A stretch of 64,000 nt of DNA from Candidatus Cloacimonadales bacterium (GTDB taxonomy: Bacteria > Cloacimonadota > Cloacimonadia > Cloacimonadales > JAFGVF01), in contig CAXXOU010000001.1 in NCBI GenBank assembly GCA_963677495.2, forward strand, positions 160,001-224,000. Direction: 5' to 3'. Below the pieces are notes generated by a model. That model did not search any database, had not been told where the DNA came from, and saw nothing but the letters and a program-made list of their open reading frames with translations. Each line of letters begins with the position of its first letter. Within the stretch, counting starts at the first letter, position 1. A program made the position numbers and the translations under genes. Shown here one piece after another: positions 1 to 10,449 of this stretch.

Positions 1-1252
1 TACCTATTTTGGCCTGTTCTGCAATCTTAGCATCTTCATATTTTTCAACCATCATACTGTAGATTTTTTCATCAAGTAACAGGTTTCTAGTTAGTCTTGC
101 AAGTTCAAGTTCTTTATCTGGAATTGTTGTAAGTTGTTGCTCATATTTCTCTACAATAGCCCTTAAACCATCTACTTTTGACTGGGCTATTTGTTTCTCA
201 ACTTGATTTTTCGCTATATTACTTGCTAAATCAGCTCTATAGGAGAGAGGATCTGTCATCCCTTCCTGCTTACTAACAAATCTATTGATTTCAACCTCTA
301 ATGTACTCTTTGCTTTATTGAGTTCATTGTTAAGTTGGATAATCTGTGGATGATTTTCTTTGTAATCGTTCTTTGTTATTAAATTAGTTATAAGAGATTG
401 GGTCTCAATTACACTGTTTTGAAGTTTTGCTATATAAGGTGCACTAAGTATGTAACTTGCATCGACAAGAAGCGAGTCTTGTTCCGTAAGCTGAGATTTT
501 AAATATCTCAACTCCTCGATTTTCATCTGAAGATCGGTTTCAGCTCGTTCTAACTCTACACTAACATTTGATGCCTCATCAATTAGATTTTCAGTTTCAC
601 TTTGTAACTGGACTAAACCATATTCTAGTTTGTATGCTCGCAATTCTTCCTCAGAAGTTTGTAATCTCCTCGTAATTGTATCAAGTTGATTCTCTAAAAA
701 CTGCCTTATATTGGTAAGCTCTCTACGTGCATATTGAGTATTCTGCTTATAAAGTGCCTCTGCTACAGAATTAACTACAATCATAGCTTCTAATGGTGAG
801 GTAGAATTATAGCTTAGCTGCAATACGTCAGAATCATGTATAGAAGAAGCTGCTATTGATTGTATCCTTGCGATTGGGTTTGCTGAAGTTACTATAGGTA
901 ACTTATCTGCTTGAGGGTGCTTCATTAATATTTGATATGCAAGTGCTGCAACAGGTTTACTCTTAAGGATTACAATGTTATTGTTCACGGATTTTTTTGA
1001 ATCCATTCGGGGAGTAATCACAAAGAAATTACTGTTTGAACGTTCCTCAAGTAGCACAGATCCACTAGCTCGATAAACATTGGCTTGCCTATTAGTATAT
1101 AGTACATTTCCAATAACTACAATGATGAAAACACCAATTATTAGAAATCTATACTGCAGCGCAATTCGAAAATAATCTAGTATATTAAATTCATGTTCAA
1201 CATTTTCATGTTGCTGAAATTCTTGGTCTACGTTTCTGTTTTGCTGTTCCAT
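1..1252 (-). CDS. Wzc/GumC-family polysaccharide co-polymerase (N-terminal part; runs off window edge)
   Basis: Own translation from ATG at 1252 (MEQQNRNVDQEF...EFNILDYFRIALQYRFLIIGVFIIVVVIG...YRASGSVLLE): Wzz-type N-terminal TM then long coiled coil; follows an SLBB gene. Absent from ORF track because no stop lies in the window. Confidence 0.85.
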   Translation of the reverse strand, partial: MEQQNRNVDQEFQQHENVEHEFNILDYFRIALQYRFLIIGVFIIVVIGNVLYTNRQANVYRASGSVLLEERSNSNFFVITPRMDSKKSVNNNIVILKSKPVAALAYQILMKHPQADKLPIVTSANPIARIQSIAASSIHDSDVLQLSYNSTSPLEAMIVVNSVAEALYKQNTQYARRELTNIRQFLENQLDTITRRLQTSEEELRAYKLEYGLVQLQSETENLIDEASNVSVELERAETDLQMKIEELRYLKSQLTEQDSLLVDASYILSAPYIAKLQNSVIETQSLITNLITKNDYKENHPQIIQLNNELNKAKSTLEVEINRFVSKQEGMTDPLSYRADLASNIAKNQVEKQIAQSKVDGLRAIVEKYEQQLTTIPDKELELARLTRNLLLDEKIYSMMVEKYEDAKIAEQAKIG

Positions 1253-1262
1253 TTAATCCTAC

Positions 1263-1751
1263 TTATTCATTTAAACTTGAGAAAGTTGCATATACTGTTA
1301 TCAGGATTGCAACATCAGCTACAAATCCGGTAAATCTTGTAATTGCATACCATATAGTACCTGCGACAACAACTGTGTCTCCAGGCATTAATACTGGAAT
1401 TAAATTTTCATCTCCAGTGTCTATATATTTCTTTAGGTTAACAAAAATGACTTTTTTCCCATCATTCGTTGGTCTGATTATTCTGATTTTGTTAAGTTTT
1501 GCATCCTCAGTTGGTCCTCCAGCTAAAGAAAGAAGTTTTAACAAGTCAGTATCATCAGGGACTATATAAAGCCCAGGTTTTCTGATTTGTCCCCAGATAT
1601 ATGTGTTAATCTTTAATTTCTCAACATTATTCATAGAACCACTATAAGTATATGCTGATGCATTATCTGCAGATTGGAAATTAATTGTAGGTTGAGCAAT
1701 TAAGAATGTCATGCACAACAGCAACCCAATTAGAACAGTAAACTTCCTCAC
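1263..1751 (-). CDS. SLBB-domain polysaccharide export protein (Wza-like)
   Basis: IWGQIRKPGLY...LLSLAGGPTEDAKLNKIRIIR...LMPGDTVVV matches SLBB motif; signal peptide; upstream of wzc-like gene. Confidence 0.8.
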   Translation of the reverse strand: MRKFTVLIGLLLCMTFLIAQPTINFQSADNASAYTYSGSMNNVEKLKINTYIWGQIRKPGLYIVPDDTDLLKLLSLAGGPTEDAKLNKIRIIRPTNDGKKVIFVNLKKYIDTGDENLIPVLMPGDTVVVAGTIWYAITRFTGFVADVAILITVYATFSSLNE

Positions 1752-1811
1752 TAGTACCTCTTATTTTGTTTTATGTATTTATTTTGATTTATTATTCTCA
1801 GTCAAGAATTA

Positions 1812-2621
1812 TTACTGATATATATATAATCTATATTCGACAGACTCAGAGCCAAAATATGCATTCGTTTCACTGTTATATGTAAAAGCATCAACTCGCC
1901 AATAATACGTGCCATTTGGAATCGATAAATCCCCACCCAGAGCTGAGTAATTAATCTCGAAGTTTTCTTGATCTGTTACTGCTTCGTCGTAACTCCACAC
2001 AATCTCGTATTCCGAGTAATTATCATTACTTACATCCCGATACAATACTACTCTATAAAAATCAACTGTTTCACTAACTCCAGCTTCGTTCCATCTAAAA
2101 GATAATTCACTAAGATTATTTGATGTGGTTTCATTTACTGGTGATACAAGCTGTGCTTTATTATATAACTTATAACTTACAGTATCAGACATAGTTGAAT
2201 TACCGGCTACATCAAAAACTTCCAAATAGTAACTATATTTTCTATATGTTGTTAGATTTCTATCAATAAACTCATCTACCGAAGGAGTAATTGTATTGAT
2301 CAACTCAACTTCATCGTAGAATGAATAGCGGTATATATTCACAAAATCCAGGTCATTATCAACAAGATGATCCCATTGCAACCTAATATCATTGTTCGGC
2401 CCATGTAAGGCGTCTATTCCATTGTTGAAATCATTAATATCGTTACCATCTACCCCTTCGATTGGAAGCTGTGTAATGCTTTCTACATCCCCTAGATCTC
2501 CAATATGGTGATGAAGAACAGGTTTAGTTGGAGGAATTTTATCCTTATTTTGCTCGTCTTGTCCTGCACAACCCAAAGCTACTAATAATACTGTTATAAT
2601 ATACATTAAATAGCGTCTCAT
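1812..2621 (-). CDS. Lipoprotein with FN3/Ig-like domains
   Basis: Lipobox-like ALGC; FN3-like motifs LQWD...YSYYLEVFDVAGN and YYWRVDA. Confidence 0.6.
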   Translation of the reverse strand: MRRYLMYIITVLLVALGCAGQDEQNKDKIPPTKPVLHHHIGDLGDVESITQLPIEGVDGNDINDFNNGIDALHGPNNDIRLQWDHLVDNDLDFVNIYRYSFYDEVELINTITPSVDEFIDRNLTTYRKYSYYLEVFDVAGNSTMSDTVSYKLYNKAQLVSPVNETTSNNLSELSFRWNEAGVSETVDFYRVVLYRDVSNDNYSEYEIVWSYDEAVTDQENFEINYSALGGDLSIPNGTYYWRVDAFTYNSETNAYFGSESVEYRLYIYQ

Positions 2622-2630
2622 AATGTCTCC

Positions 2631-3641
2631 TTAAAACAAAAATTTCAAACCGATTCTGTTTGTATTGCCTAAACTATTAGTGTTAAAACCATAATCCAAA
2701 ATAAATGAATAAACTTTTAAACTAATTCCAGCACTGATATCTTTTTCCGAGTATCCAGTCCTCACTTGTATCCGATTATCATAACTATATTCAATCCCCC
2801 AATGGTTTGGACGATTATAAACATAATCTTTATCGTAAGCTATTATTACTGAAGATTTCCACTGTGGAATTGGTTGCTCAATACTAACCCCTGTTTTTGT
2901 ATTAAATAAGACTTCATCCTTATGGTTTGAATCAGTATCCCAAGTTATTTCTGTACCTGAAACATTTTGGAAGTTCACTCCATATCTTATGGTTCCCAAC
3001 CATTCTCGGTCAAGAATAACGCCTAAATCAGTCTTAACCAGTACTCCTAAATCAAACCCTGATCCTGTACCAAAGTTCTCTTGGAGTTTCCTACGAATAA
3101 ACTTAACATTACCGCCCATATTTATTTGAAACGGTACTTTAAAAAATCCCCATCCCAAATCAGCATTATAATTCAATTGTTTTGCAAACGAAAATTGAAA
3201 CAAATCATCGTAACTTCTAAATTCACTATCAGGAATACCTGTTAGATGAAGATTAGGATCCGAAGATCTAATATCGACATTTGTTCCAACTAAATGAGTT
3301 TCACTAAACTCGGGGATATCATCTATAGACAAACGCGTCCAACCTATGGCTATTGTAACTAAGTTTGGTAACGGTTGACAATAAGTAAAACTATCATAAC
3401 TTGCCAACCCTTCATATAATTCTGCATGCATAAATCCGGCTTCAAGGTTGCGAATCTGAGCTATTCCTGCCGGGTTCCAATACACTGCACTTCCATCATC
3501 AGCTATTGATGAATAAGCTCCGCCTAGACCTAATGCTCGTACTCCAGAACCAATCTCCATGAAGTCCCCAGCATACCTTCCAGAAAAGAGACTAGGTACA
3601 AATATTAAACACACGAACAGTACAATTATTATCTTCTTCAT
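2631..3641 (-). CDS. PorV/PorQ (UPF0164) family outer-membrane barrel, paralog 1
   Basis: GSGVRALGLGGAY..IADDGSAVYWNPAGIA signature; C-terminal Phe-ending beta strand; directly downstream of PorU-like gene. Confidence 0.8.
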   Translation of the reverse strand: MKKIIIVLFVCLIFVPSLFSGRYAGDFMEIGSGVRALGLGGAYSSIADDGSAVYWNPAGIAQIRNLEAGFMHAELYEGLASYDSFTYCQPLPNLVTIAIGWTRLSIDDIPEFSETHLVGTNVDIRSSDPNLHLTGIPDSEFRSYDDLFQFSFAKQLNYNADLGWGFFKVPFQINMGGNVKFIRRKLQENFGTGSGFDLGVLVKTDLGVILDREWLGTIRYGVNFQNVSGTEITWDTDSNHKDEVLFNTKTGVSIEQPIPQWKSSVIIAYDKDYVYNRPNHWGIEYSYDNRIQVRTGYSEKDISAGISLKVYSFILDYGFNTNSLGNTNRIGLKFLF

Positions 3642-3643
3642 AA

Positions 3644-6600
3644 CTACCTCAATATGGCCATTTTCTGAATCTTTTCAATTGTCTTCTCACCATTTTTAGC
3701 GATTAGTTTATAAAAATAAACTCCATTTGCCAAATAGAAGCCATCATCATCCTTACAATCCCAGCCATAAACTGTACGTGGATACTCATGATAACCTACT
3801 CCTTTAGGCATATTTTTGAATGTTTTTACTAGACGCCCAGAAACTGTATAAATCTTCATTGTCACTCTTTCAGCAGGAGCTGTTAATAGATAAGTAAATC
3901 TTGTTCTACCATCGTTCACTGGCTCTATTGCATGCCCAACAACAGGGTTAGGATAATTTGCTAAATTTAGAATCTCAAACTCATCATTAACTCTAAAGTT
4001 AATCAATAGTTCTTTGTAATTACCATTAATATCTGAGCACTCAGCTTTAATTGTATATGTACCAACTTCTAAATCTAATTCATAATTTAGAGGAACACTA
4101 TTCAAATTATCTTTATTAATAGCCATTGTTATATAACTCAAATCCACATCTACACCATTTAAATATAGTTTTGGTTTAGCATTTATTACATCAATTCCAT
4201 TCTGATCATAAAAACTAAAACTAATAGTTCCATCACTAGCAATATAACCACCACGTGTAAACTCTTGCTCAGCAACGTTTGCTTCTATAGATGGTGCAGT
4301 TCTATCTTCATTTCTAAACAATGAATATATTCCATTTCTATTTATAGAATATGAAACTTGATTTTGCTCAGGATGCATTAAACCACCACAATAAAACCAT
4401 TTTGAATAATCCTCATTCCATAAATACAGCCTATAGCTATCACTGTATACAAAACTCTGAGTTAGAGAATCCGTTTCAGAAAAATTCATCGTTATTTTTA
4501 ACTCTCTGTTATTAGCAAAGAATCCTAAAGAATCTACAAAGCTTGTATCATGAACATGTATTTTATATGCTTTCGAACTGGCATTATCATGCAACTGTAC
4601 TGAATATATATCAGGCTGAGCTATTGCTTGTGGTTGATCAGTTGTTGTTAACTCAACAATAGTATTATTTGTGCCAAATGCCGTTGGTATCTTGATTTGT
4701 AAGTTTCCGTCAGACGATTCAATTATCTGTTCATTTGAATCAAGATAATAATAGTTACTAGTAACTCTTATCTGTCCTAGGTTATTATCAAAAGAAATCT
4801 CATCAAACTCTCTATTTTTATTAACCTCAACATAAGCTGTAAAGTTTTCAGTATCTACAAGTTGTAATGGGCAAAATATAGTTCTATTTTCTGCTGGGTT
4901 AATAGAATCTATACTGTATTCATCTAGTATAACCTCCTCTAAACCACTATATCTATAGATAGTTATAGTAGAATTTGGAGAAACTGTGTTCCCGTAATTG
5001 GCTATATTTACATTTACTCCTGACTGTTGATTAATCACATCTAATTCAGCATAATTTAGTGATAAATCAGGGCCTTTAATATTATATGCGAGTATTGATG
5101 ATTCAACTATATCGGTATCAGTGGTTGCTACAACTTTTAACTGAACCTCATAACCAGGACTATAAATCAGTGTGTCGGGATTAATTGGATAAACTGTTTG
5201 TATTGTGTTAGCATCGATAAACTCCATAGGAATATCAAACTCTTCATGAGCATGATAAATTACCTGAGAAGAACTGGAAAAGTACTCACCAACTTTTACC
5301 TGGCAATATACGTCTTCGATATTGTTTTCTGATAGTACCGATGCAGAAACATTCACGAGGTCGTCGTAATCTGGAGATTCAGGATTTGTTTTTAGCATGT
5401 TAACACTATGCTCATAAACTGGTATTTTCTGTAAGGAAACATACTCTTTTTCAGGTGATAATCCTGCAATCCTTATTGATAAATACTGCGGGGACGTGTT
5501 TTCTGGTATTACATATTCAAATTCAAAAATTCCGTTGTAAATCGGCAACTCATACAAATAATTCAAAGCAAGTTCATTCTCATCTAACACAATGGGTATA
5601 GCTGTTTCAACACTTTCGGGGAACTCTACTGAAACACTGATTGTATCCCCTGGAGCAAACAACGTCTTATTAATTGTACTTGTTAGTTCACTTTCTAATT
5701 TGCTTAAAGATAAGACTGGATCACCTAAATAAGAAAAAGCACTAATCAATCCATCTCTAGCAAAAGCTGTATATTCTGTCGCATAATAATTTGCCAATGA
5801 ATAATTTATTGATTCACCAATTGAGTCAAATGAAGGATTAAAAAGGGACTCTACCAATATTAAACCAAGATATAAATCGAAGTCAACATAACCTACCCCT
5901 GTGAACCCTATTGATCCCACAGAGCCCTTACCTTGTTCAAGTAGGAATCCTTCATTTATACATGGTTCACTTGAATCAAATGCTCCACCAAAACATGAGA
6001 GACTTGATACTATAAAATAGTCATCATTAGTCAAAGTTCTTATATCATTATAATTCATCAAATTGTAGTCAGCCCAAATTCGGCCACCACCATGACCCAT
6101 AAACTGGAGAAATGATAATCCATCTGAGATTGAGTCTTTAAGCTTGAATGTTCCGCCGTAATAACCGCTTGGTGTTGGTGCTACTGTAGTCGTATAAACT
6201 CTTGTAACAAAATACTCCTCCGGTATCCCATAACGTCTGATTGCTTCTTCTTGCTGAGAAAAAACATCATGACCTTCACCATCAGTTCCACCAGCTGCTA
6301 ACGTTATTCTCCCCCTCCATGCACTATCAGTATCTTGAGCAGAAGTATACTTATTAACCTTCTCGTATACATTCTGTATCTCTTCTGCATCTCTAGCAGG
6401 GATTCTACTAACAACTATATCAGGGACAAAATCGTCTCCGACAATACAGCCATACCAAACATCACATGCAGTTGCACCAACATTAGCTGTCCATACTTTT
6501 TTAACTGGAATCATGTTGTACTCTTCTAATGGATTATTGTCATTTTCATTATATGTGCCATCACCAATTAATACTGCATATTTTAACTGTGGATATGACC

Positions 6601-8683
6601 AGTTATTATATGCATATGATAAGAAATCTTTTATTGATTGTGCACTTTTAATACCATTATTGAATTCATCATAAACATCTTGAACATCAACGACCTTTAC
6701 AATCTGTCCCAACTCTTCCCAATGAGACTGAATGTTGTCCAATCCTTCTGTCCCTAAGAAGTCATTAATAGTGATTATAACCAAATCTGCTCTATTGGAG
6801 TGACTTTTTAAATAAGATGGGTAGTCAGGTAGTATTTGTTCTGGCTGAAGTTTTGCACTTTCTTCAACTGCGACATACTCAAATCCTTCAGAAATCACAC
6901 TGTCCTGGAAAGTCACCATGTATGGAGCCCCACCTGTTTCACTGAATGGTGTAATTTGAACATTTTCCATCTGAGCAGTTCCAAGTTTATAAACGCTTAT
7001 ATTATCAGATGAGAATCCATCAATTGCAAATTCATACAACCCATATGGACGATTTGAAGGTCTGTTAAAACTAAGAATATCAGTATCTGTTTTAAACTCT
7101 CTCCAATACTTAAGCTTGATATAGTCGAGTAAGATTACCTCTTTATCTCCAGAAACTGTATCACCGGGCATACTAATAAAGAGACTATTTGCACCATGAT
7201 ACAAGTTAGCATTACCTAAAGGATTATAGTTTTTAAATATTTTCTCTTTCTGCCCCCTCCAGTATGTATCCGCAGGCTCTGTAACACCATTCTCATCATT
7301 GTCTATCAATGAGGAATTCAATCTTACTACAGCATGGTGATCCCATTCATTTGCTGCTAAACTTGCCGCATAAGTTAAACCATATAGACATACTTCTGCC
7401 TGGAATGTCCTAATACTTGAGCTTATCGGATAAGGAACATTGAAGTTAAAAACTTTTAAGTTTGGTGCTGCAATACGATTCCAAAACCAGTTGTCTTCTC
7501 TGAAGAATGGAGTACTAGAACTATAACCACGTGCTAACTTATCAAGCATATATTGATTTTCAATATGGAGTTCTTCTTCGAATGCGTCTGGTCTGATTAA
7601 CTGATTACTTGCATTTACTAATAATCCACCATTTTCAACAGCAAGCCTTGCTCCATTTGTATCTTTTACATATAAGATATAAACATTTGTGTCTGTATAA
7701 TCATCGTAGTAACTAGTTTCACCTCGATTTCGCTCTCCCCAAAATTCAAAGTAGTCACCATTATCGAATACTCCATCTTCTTCACCAAAGAATCGTATAG
7801 GAATAATTCCATGCTCATCTTTTAGTTCAAGATAGTGAGGGTCAATTTCATCAAGATCGAATCCAAGGGTAAACTGATATTCATAAGCAGCTTCTCGAAG
7901 AGCATCTACTAAGAACTCTTTTGTAACCTTATAGATACCGTCTTCTTTTACTAGAATCTGAATCTGGTTTACGATATCATCACGCTGAATCTGGCAATCA
8001 CTAGTGTAATCTTTGTTTTTTGGTAAACGCCAGCCTTTAGAAGTATTATTATTAATAAACATATTGTCACCATGCTTATCATAAATTCCCCTACCTGTTT
8101 GATACGTTTTAACTATTCTGGACTTCGTACCGCTTATCATGATTTTAAGTCTTGCTTTTGTCGCCACTCTAACAGAATGATCTTCGTTTCTATAAGTGAA
8201 TGGAAAAAACTGGAAACCAACAAAATGCCTATCTCCTGCAAATCCACTTTCACCTTTTTTTAACTCGATTGATGGATAGAAGCTTCTTTGAGAAAGTTCA
8301 GTAGCCCTATACGCTTCATAAACTAACTTGTCTCCTTTAAGCTCATGATTGTCCGCCACTTCCAAATTTTCTATTATTACATTCTCATACTGAATGTTCT
8401 CAATTGACAGAGATATATTTCCATCTACTGGGATACCAACGATATCAGCAAAATAAGGAAGTTTAGGAAAACCTGGTTCAGCTAGCATTAGACTTCCGGG
8501 CACCTCGATTCTTTGAACATTTTCGCTATGCTTACTATAAGACTTAATCTCATAATCTGGCATCACAAAATCTAGTAATATATAATTCTCGTTCTCTTCA
8601 ATTACTTGAAAACTTCCCTTTGAATGCAGTGCTAATGCAGATAGTACTATCAATAGTACCAGTATGTATCTATTTTGAAACAT
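3644..8683 (-). CDS. C25 family (gingipain/PorU-like) cysteine peptidase with propeptide, CARDB-like and FlgD-like CTD
   Basis: C25 motifs VDVQDVYDEFNNG, LIGDG, catalytic FMGHG and SLSCFGGAFD, LGDP; C-terminal NYPNP...IYTVSGRLVK...NGVYFYKL. Confidence 0.85.
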   Translation of the reverse strand: MFQNRYILVLLIVLSALALHSKGSFQVIEENENYILLDFVMPDYEIKSYSKHSENVQRIEVPGSLMLAEPGFPKLPYFADIVGIPVDGNISLSIENIQYENVIIENLEVADNHELKGDKLVYEAYRATELSQRSFYPSIELKKGESGFAGDRHFVGFQFFPFTYRNEDHSVRVATKARLKIMISGTKSRIVKTYQTGRGIYDKHGDNMFINNNTSKGWRLPKNKDYTSDCQIQRDDIVNQIQILVKEDGIYKVTKEFLVDALREAAYEYQFTLGFDLDEIDPHYLELKDEHGIIPIRFFGEEDGVFDNGDYFEFWGERNRGETSYYDDYTDTNVYILYVKDTNGARLAVENGGLLVNASNQLIRPDAFEEELHIENQYMLDKLARGYSSSTPFFREDNWFWNRIAAPNLKVFNFNVPYPISSSIRTFQAEVCLYGLTYAASLAANEWDHHAVVRLNSSLIDNDENGVTEPADTYWRGQKEKIFKNYNPLGNANLYHGANSLFISMPGDTVSGDKEVILLDYIKLKYWREFKTDTDILSFNRPSNRPYGLYEFAIDGFSSDNISVYKLGTAQMENVQITPFSETGGAPYMVTFQDSVISEGFEYVAVEESAKLQPEQILPDYPSYLKSHSNRADLVIITINDFLGTEGLDNIQSHWEELGQIVKVVDVQDVYDEFNNGIKSAQSIKDFLSYAYNNWSYPQLKYAVLIGDGTYNENDNNPLEEYNMIPVKKVWTANVGATACDVWYGCIVGDDFVPDIVVSRIPARDAEEIQNVYEKVNKYTSAQDTDSAWRGRITLAAGGTDGEGHDVFSQQEEAIRRYGIPEEYFVTRVYTTTVAPTPSGYYGGTFKLKDSISDGLSFLQFMGHGGGRIWADYNLMNYNDIRTLTNDDYFIVSSLSCFGGAFDSSEPCINEGFLLEQGKGSVGSIGFTGVGYVDFDLYLGLILVESLFNPSFDSIGESINYSLANYYATEYTAFARDGLISAFSYLGDPVLSLSKLESELTSTINKTLFAPGDTISVSVEFPESVETAIPIVLDENELALNYLYELPIYNGIFEFEYVIPENTSPQYLSIRIAGLSPEKEYVSLQKIPVYEHSVNMLKTNPESPDYDDLVNVSASVLSENNIEDVYCQVKVGEYFSSSSQVIYHAHEEFDIPMEFIDANTIQTVYPINPDTLIYSPGYEVQLKVVATTDTDIVESSILAYNIKGPDLSLNYAELDVINQQSGVNVNIANYGNTVSPNSTITIYRYSGLEEVILDEYSIDSINPAENRTIFCPLQLVDTENFTAYVEVNKNREFDEISFDNNLGQIRVTSNYYYLDSNEQIIESSDGNLQIKIPTAFGTNNTIVELTTTDQPQAIAQPDIYSVQLHDNASSKAYKIHVHDTSFVDSLGFFANNRELKITMNFSETDSLTQSFVYSDSYRLYLWNEDYSKWFYCGGLMHPEQNQVSYSINRNGIYSLFRNEDRTAPSIEANVAEQEFTRGGYIASDGTISFSFYDQNGIDVINAKPKLYLNGVDVDLSYITMAINKDNLNSVPLNYELDLEVGTYTIKAECSDINGNYKELLINFRVNDEFEILNLANYPNPVVGHAIEPVNDGRTRFTYLLTAPAERVTMKIYTVSGRLVKTFKNMPKGVGYHEYPRTVYGWDCKDDDGFYLANGVYFYKLIAKNGEKTIEKIQKMAILR

Positions 8684-8701
8684 TTTTCCCCTCGGAACTT
8701 A

Positions 8702-9958
8702 TCAACTCAAACCTTTATGGGCAATATCTGTGCGATAAGTCTTTCCTTCAAAACTTAGTTTTTCAAAAGTCTGATATGCTTCATTAATTGTATCTTTCAA
8801 AGCTTCGGCTTTGGCAGTGATAGAAAGCACTCTTCCTCCATTTGTAACTAAGTGATTAGATTCCTTTTTTACTCCTGAATAATATATTTTGCATCTTTTA
8901 TTGCCATCTAATACTGGGATACTAATAGGTTTCCCTTTTTCATACTTACCGGGGTAACCTTTTGAAGCAGCAACGACATTTACTGCAAAACCTTCTTTCC
9001 ATTCAAGAGTTAACTTTTCTACTTGTTTCTTAATGATTGCCGAACAGACCTTGTTTAAATCAGTCTTTAGTAGTGGTAAAACAACCTGCGTTTCCGGGTC
9101 TCCGAATCGACAGTTGAATTCAACTACCTTCGGTCCTTCATTCGTTATCATTAAACCGGCATAAAGTACGCCTTTGAAAGGATTACCTTCTTCACGCATT
9201 GCTCTCAATACCGGGGTAAAAATATTCTCATCAACATACTGATGATATTCACTAGCTTTTTCTACAGGGGCGTAAGCGCCCATACCTCCTGTGTTTGGTC
9301 CTTTGTCTCCATCATAGATTGCTTTATGATCTTGTGAGAAAATTGTTGAGACAAAACTATTCCCATCAGAAAAAGCAAATATGGATGTTTCCCATCCAAC
9401 CATGAACTCTTCTATTACAACCTGGCTCCCTGCCTGACCAAATGCCTCATCAAGCATTATATCTTTTAAAGCATGAATTGCTTCATCTTTATCATCCACA
9501 ATGATTACACCCTTACCTGCTGCTAATCCATCAGCTTTTAGTACTTGAGGATATGCACAGTTTAAAAGGTATGTCAATGCTTTATCATATTCAGTAAAAA
9601 CTTCGTATGCTGCTGTCGGTACACTACATCTTTTCATAAGATTTTTAGCATAAGCTTTACTGCTTTCTATCTGTGCAGCGGCTTTAGTCGGTCCAATAGC
9701 ATCTATGTTATTTACTTGCAAGAAATCAACTAATCCATCAGCTAAAGGTTGCTCAGGTCCAACAAATACGTAGTTGATATCATTGTTTTCCACAAACTGT
9801 TTAATGTCTTCAAACTCAGGTAGTTTAACAATCTCAAACTCTTGTCCAATGCCATCATTACCTGGGGAGACAATTACAGATTCTACATTTTCACTACGTT
9901 GCATTGCTTCTGCTATTGCATGTTCGCGTGCTCCACTTCCAATAACGAGTATTTTCAC
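8702..9958 (-). CDS. purD: Phosphoribosylamine-glycine ligase
   Basis: MKILVIGSGAREHA, KADGLAAGKGV, GPNTGGMGAY, EFNCRFGDPE. Confidence 0.97.
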   Translation of the reverse strand: MKILVIGSGAREHAIAEAMQRSENVESVIVSPGNDGIGQEFEIVKLPEFEDIKQFVENNDINYVFVGPEQPLADGLVDFLQVNNIDAIGPTKAAAQIESSKAYAKNLMKRCSVPTAAYEVFTEYDKALTYLLNCAYPQVLKADGLAAGKGVIIVDDKDEAIHALKDIMLDEAFGQAGSQVVIEEFMVGWETSIFAFSDGNSFVSTIFSQDHKAIYDGDKGPNTGGMGAYAPVEKASEYHQYVDENIFTPVLRAMREEGNPFKGVLYAGLMITNEGPKVVEFNCRFGDPETQVVLPLLKTDLNKVCSAIIKKQVEKLTLEWKEGFAVNVVAASKGYPGKYEKGKPISIPVLDGNKRCKIYYSGVKKESNHLVTNGGRVLSITAKAEALKDTINEAYQTFEKLSFEGKTYRTDIAHKGLS

Positions 9959-10449
9959 CTCGCCTCCGTCATTATCTTTATCAACATCTCAAGGAGATGT
10001 ATTGCAGTTTTATATCTTACAGATTCCCGATTCCCACTAAAACACTGTTTATCAGCAATAGTAACGTCCTTATAACTTATACCGAACCATACTGTGCCTA
10101 CAGGTTTTTCATCTGTACCACCATCCGGTCCTGCTATTCCTGTCACAGAACCTGCGATATCAGTCTCTATTATTTTTTTACAACCCTTAGCCATGTCAAG
10201 AGCTGTTTCTTCACTTACGGCTCCAAACTTGGCTAAAGCTTTTGCAGAGACTCCAAGAATCTGCTCTTTTATCTCATTATGATATGCAACAACTCCACCT
10301 TTAAAGAAGGTAGAACATCCTGCTAAATCAGTTATCGTCTTACTTATCAAACCACCGGTACATGATTCTGCAAATGAGATGGTAATCTCTTTTTTTTTTG
10401 CTAAATCAGAAACTTGTTCCGAGAGTTCTCTCAAGCGATCTTCAAACAT
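9955..10449 (-). CDS. CinA C-terminal / nicotinamide mononucleotide deamidase (PncC-like)
   Basis: AESCTGGLI, TGIAGPDGG..EKPVGTVW motifs. Confidence 0.9.
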   Translation of the reverse strand: MFEDRLRELSEQVSDLAKKKEITISFAESCTGGLISKTITDLAGCSTFFKGGVVAYHNEIKEQILGVSAKALAKFGAVSEETALDMAKGCKKIIETDIAGSVTGIAGPDGGTDEKPVGTVWFGISYKDVTIADKQCFSGNRESVRYKTAIHLLEMLIKIMTEAR

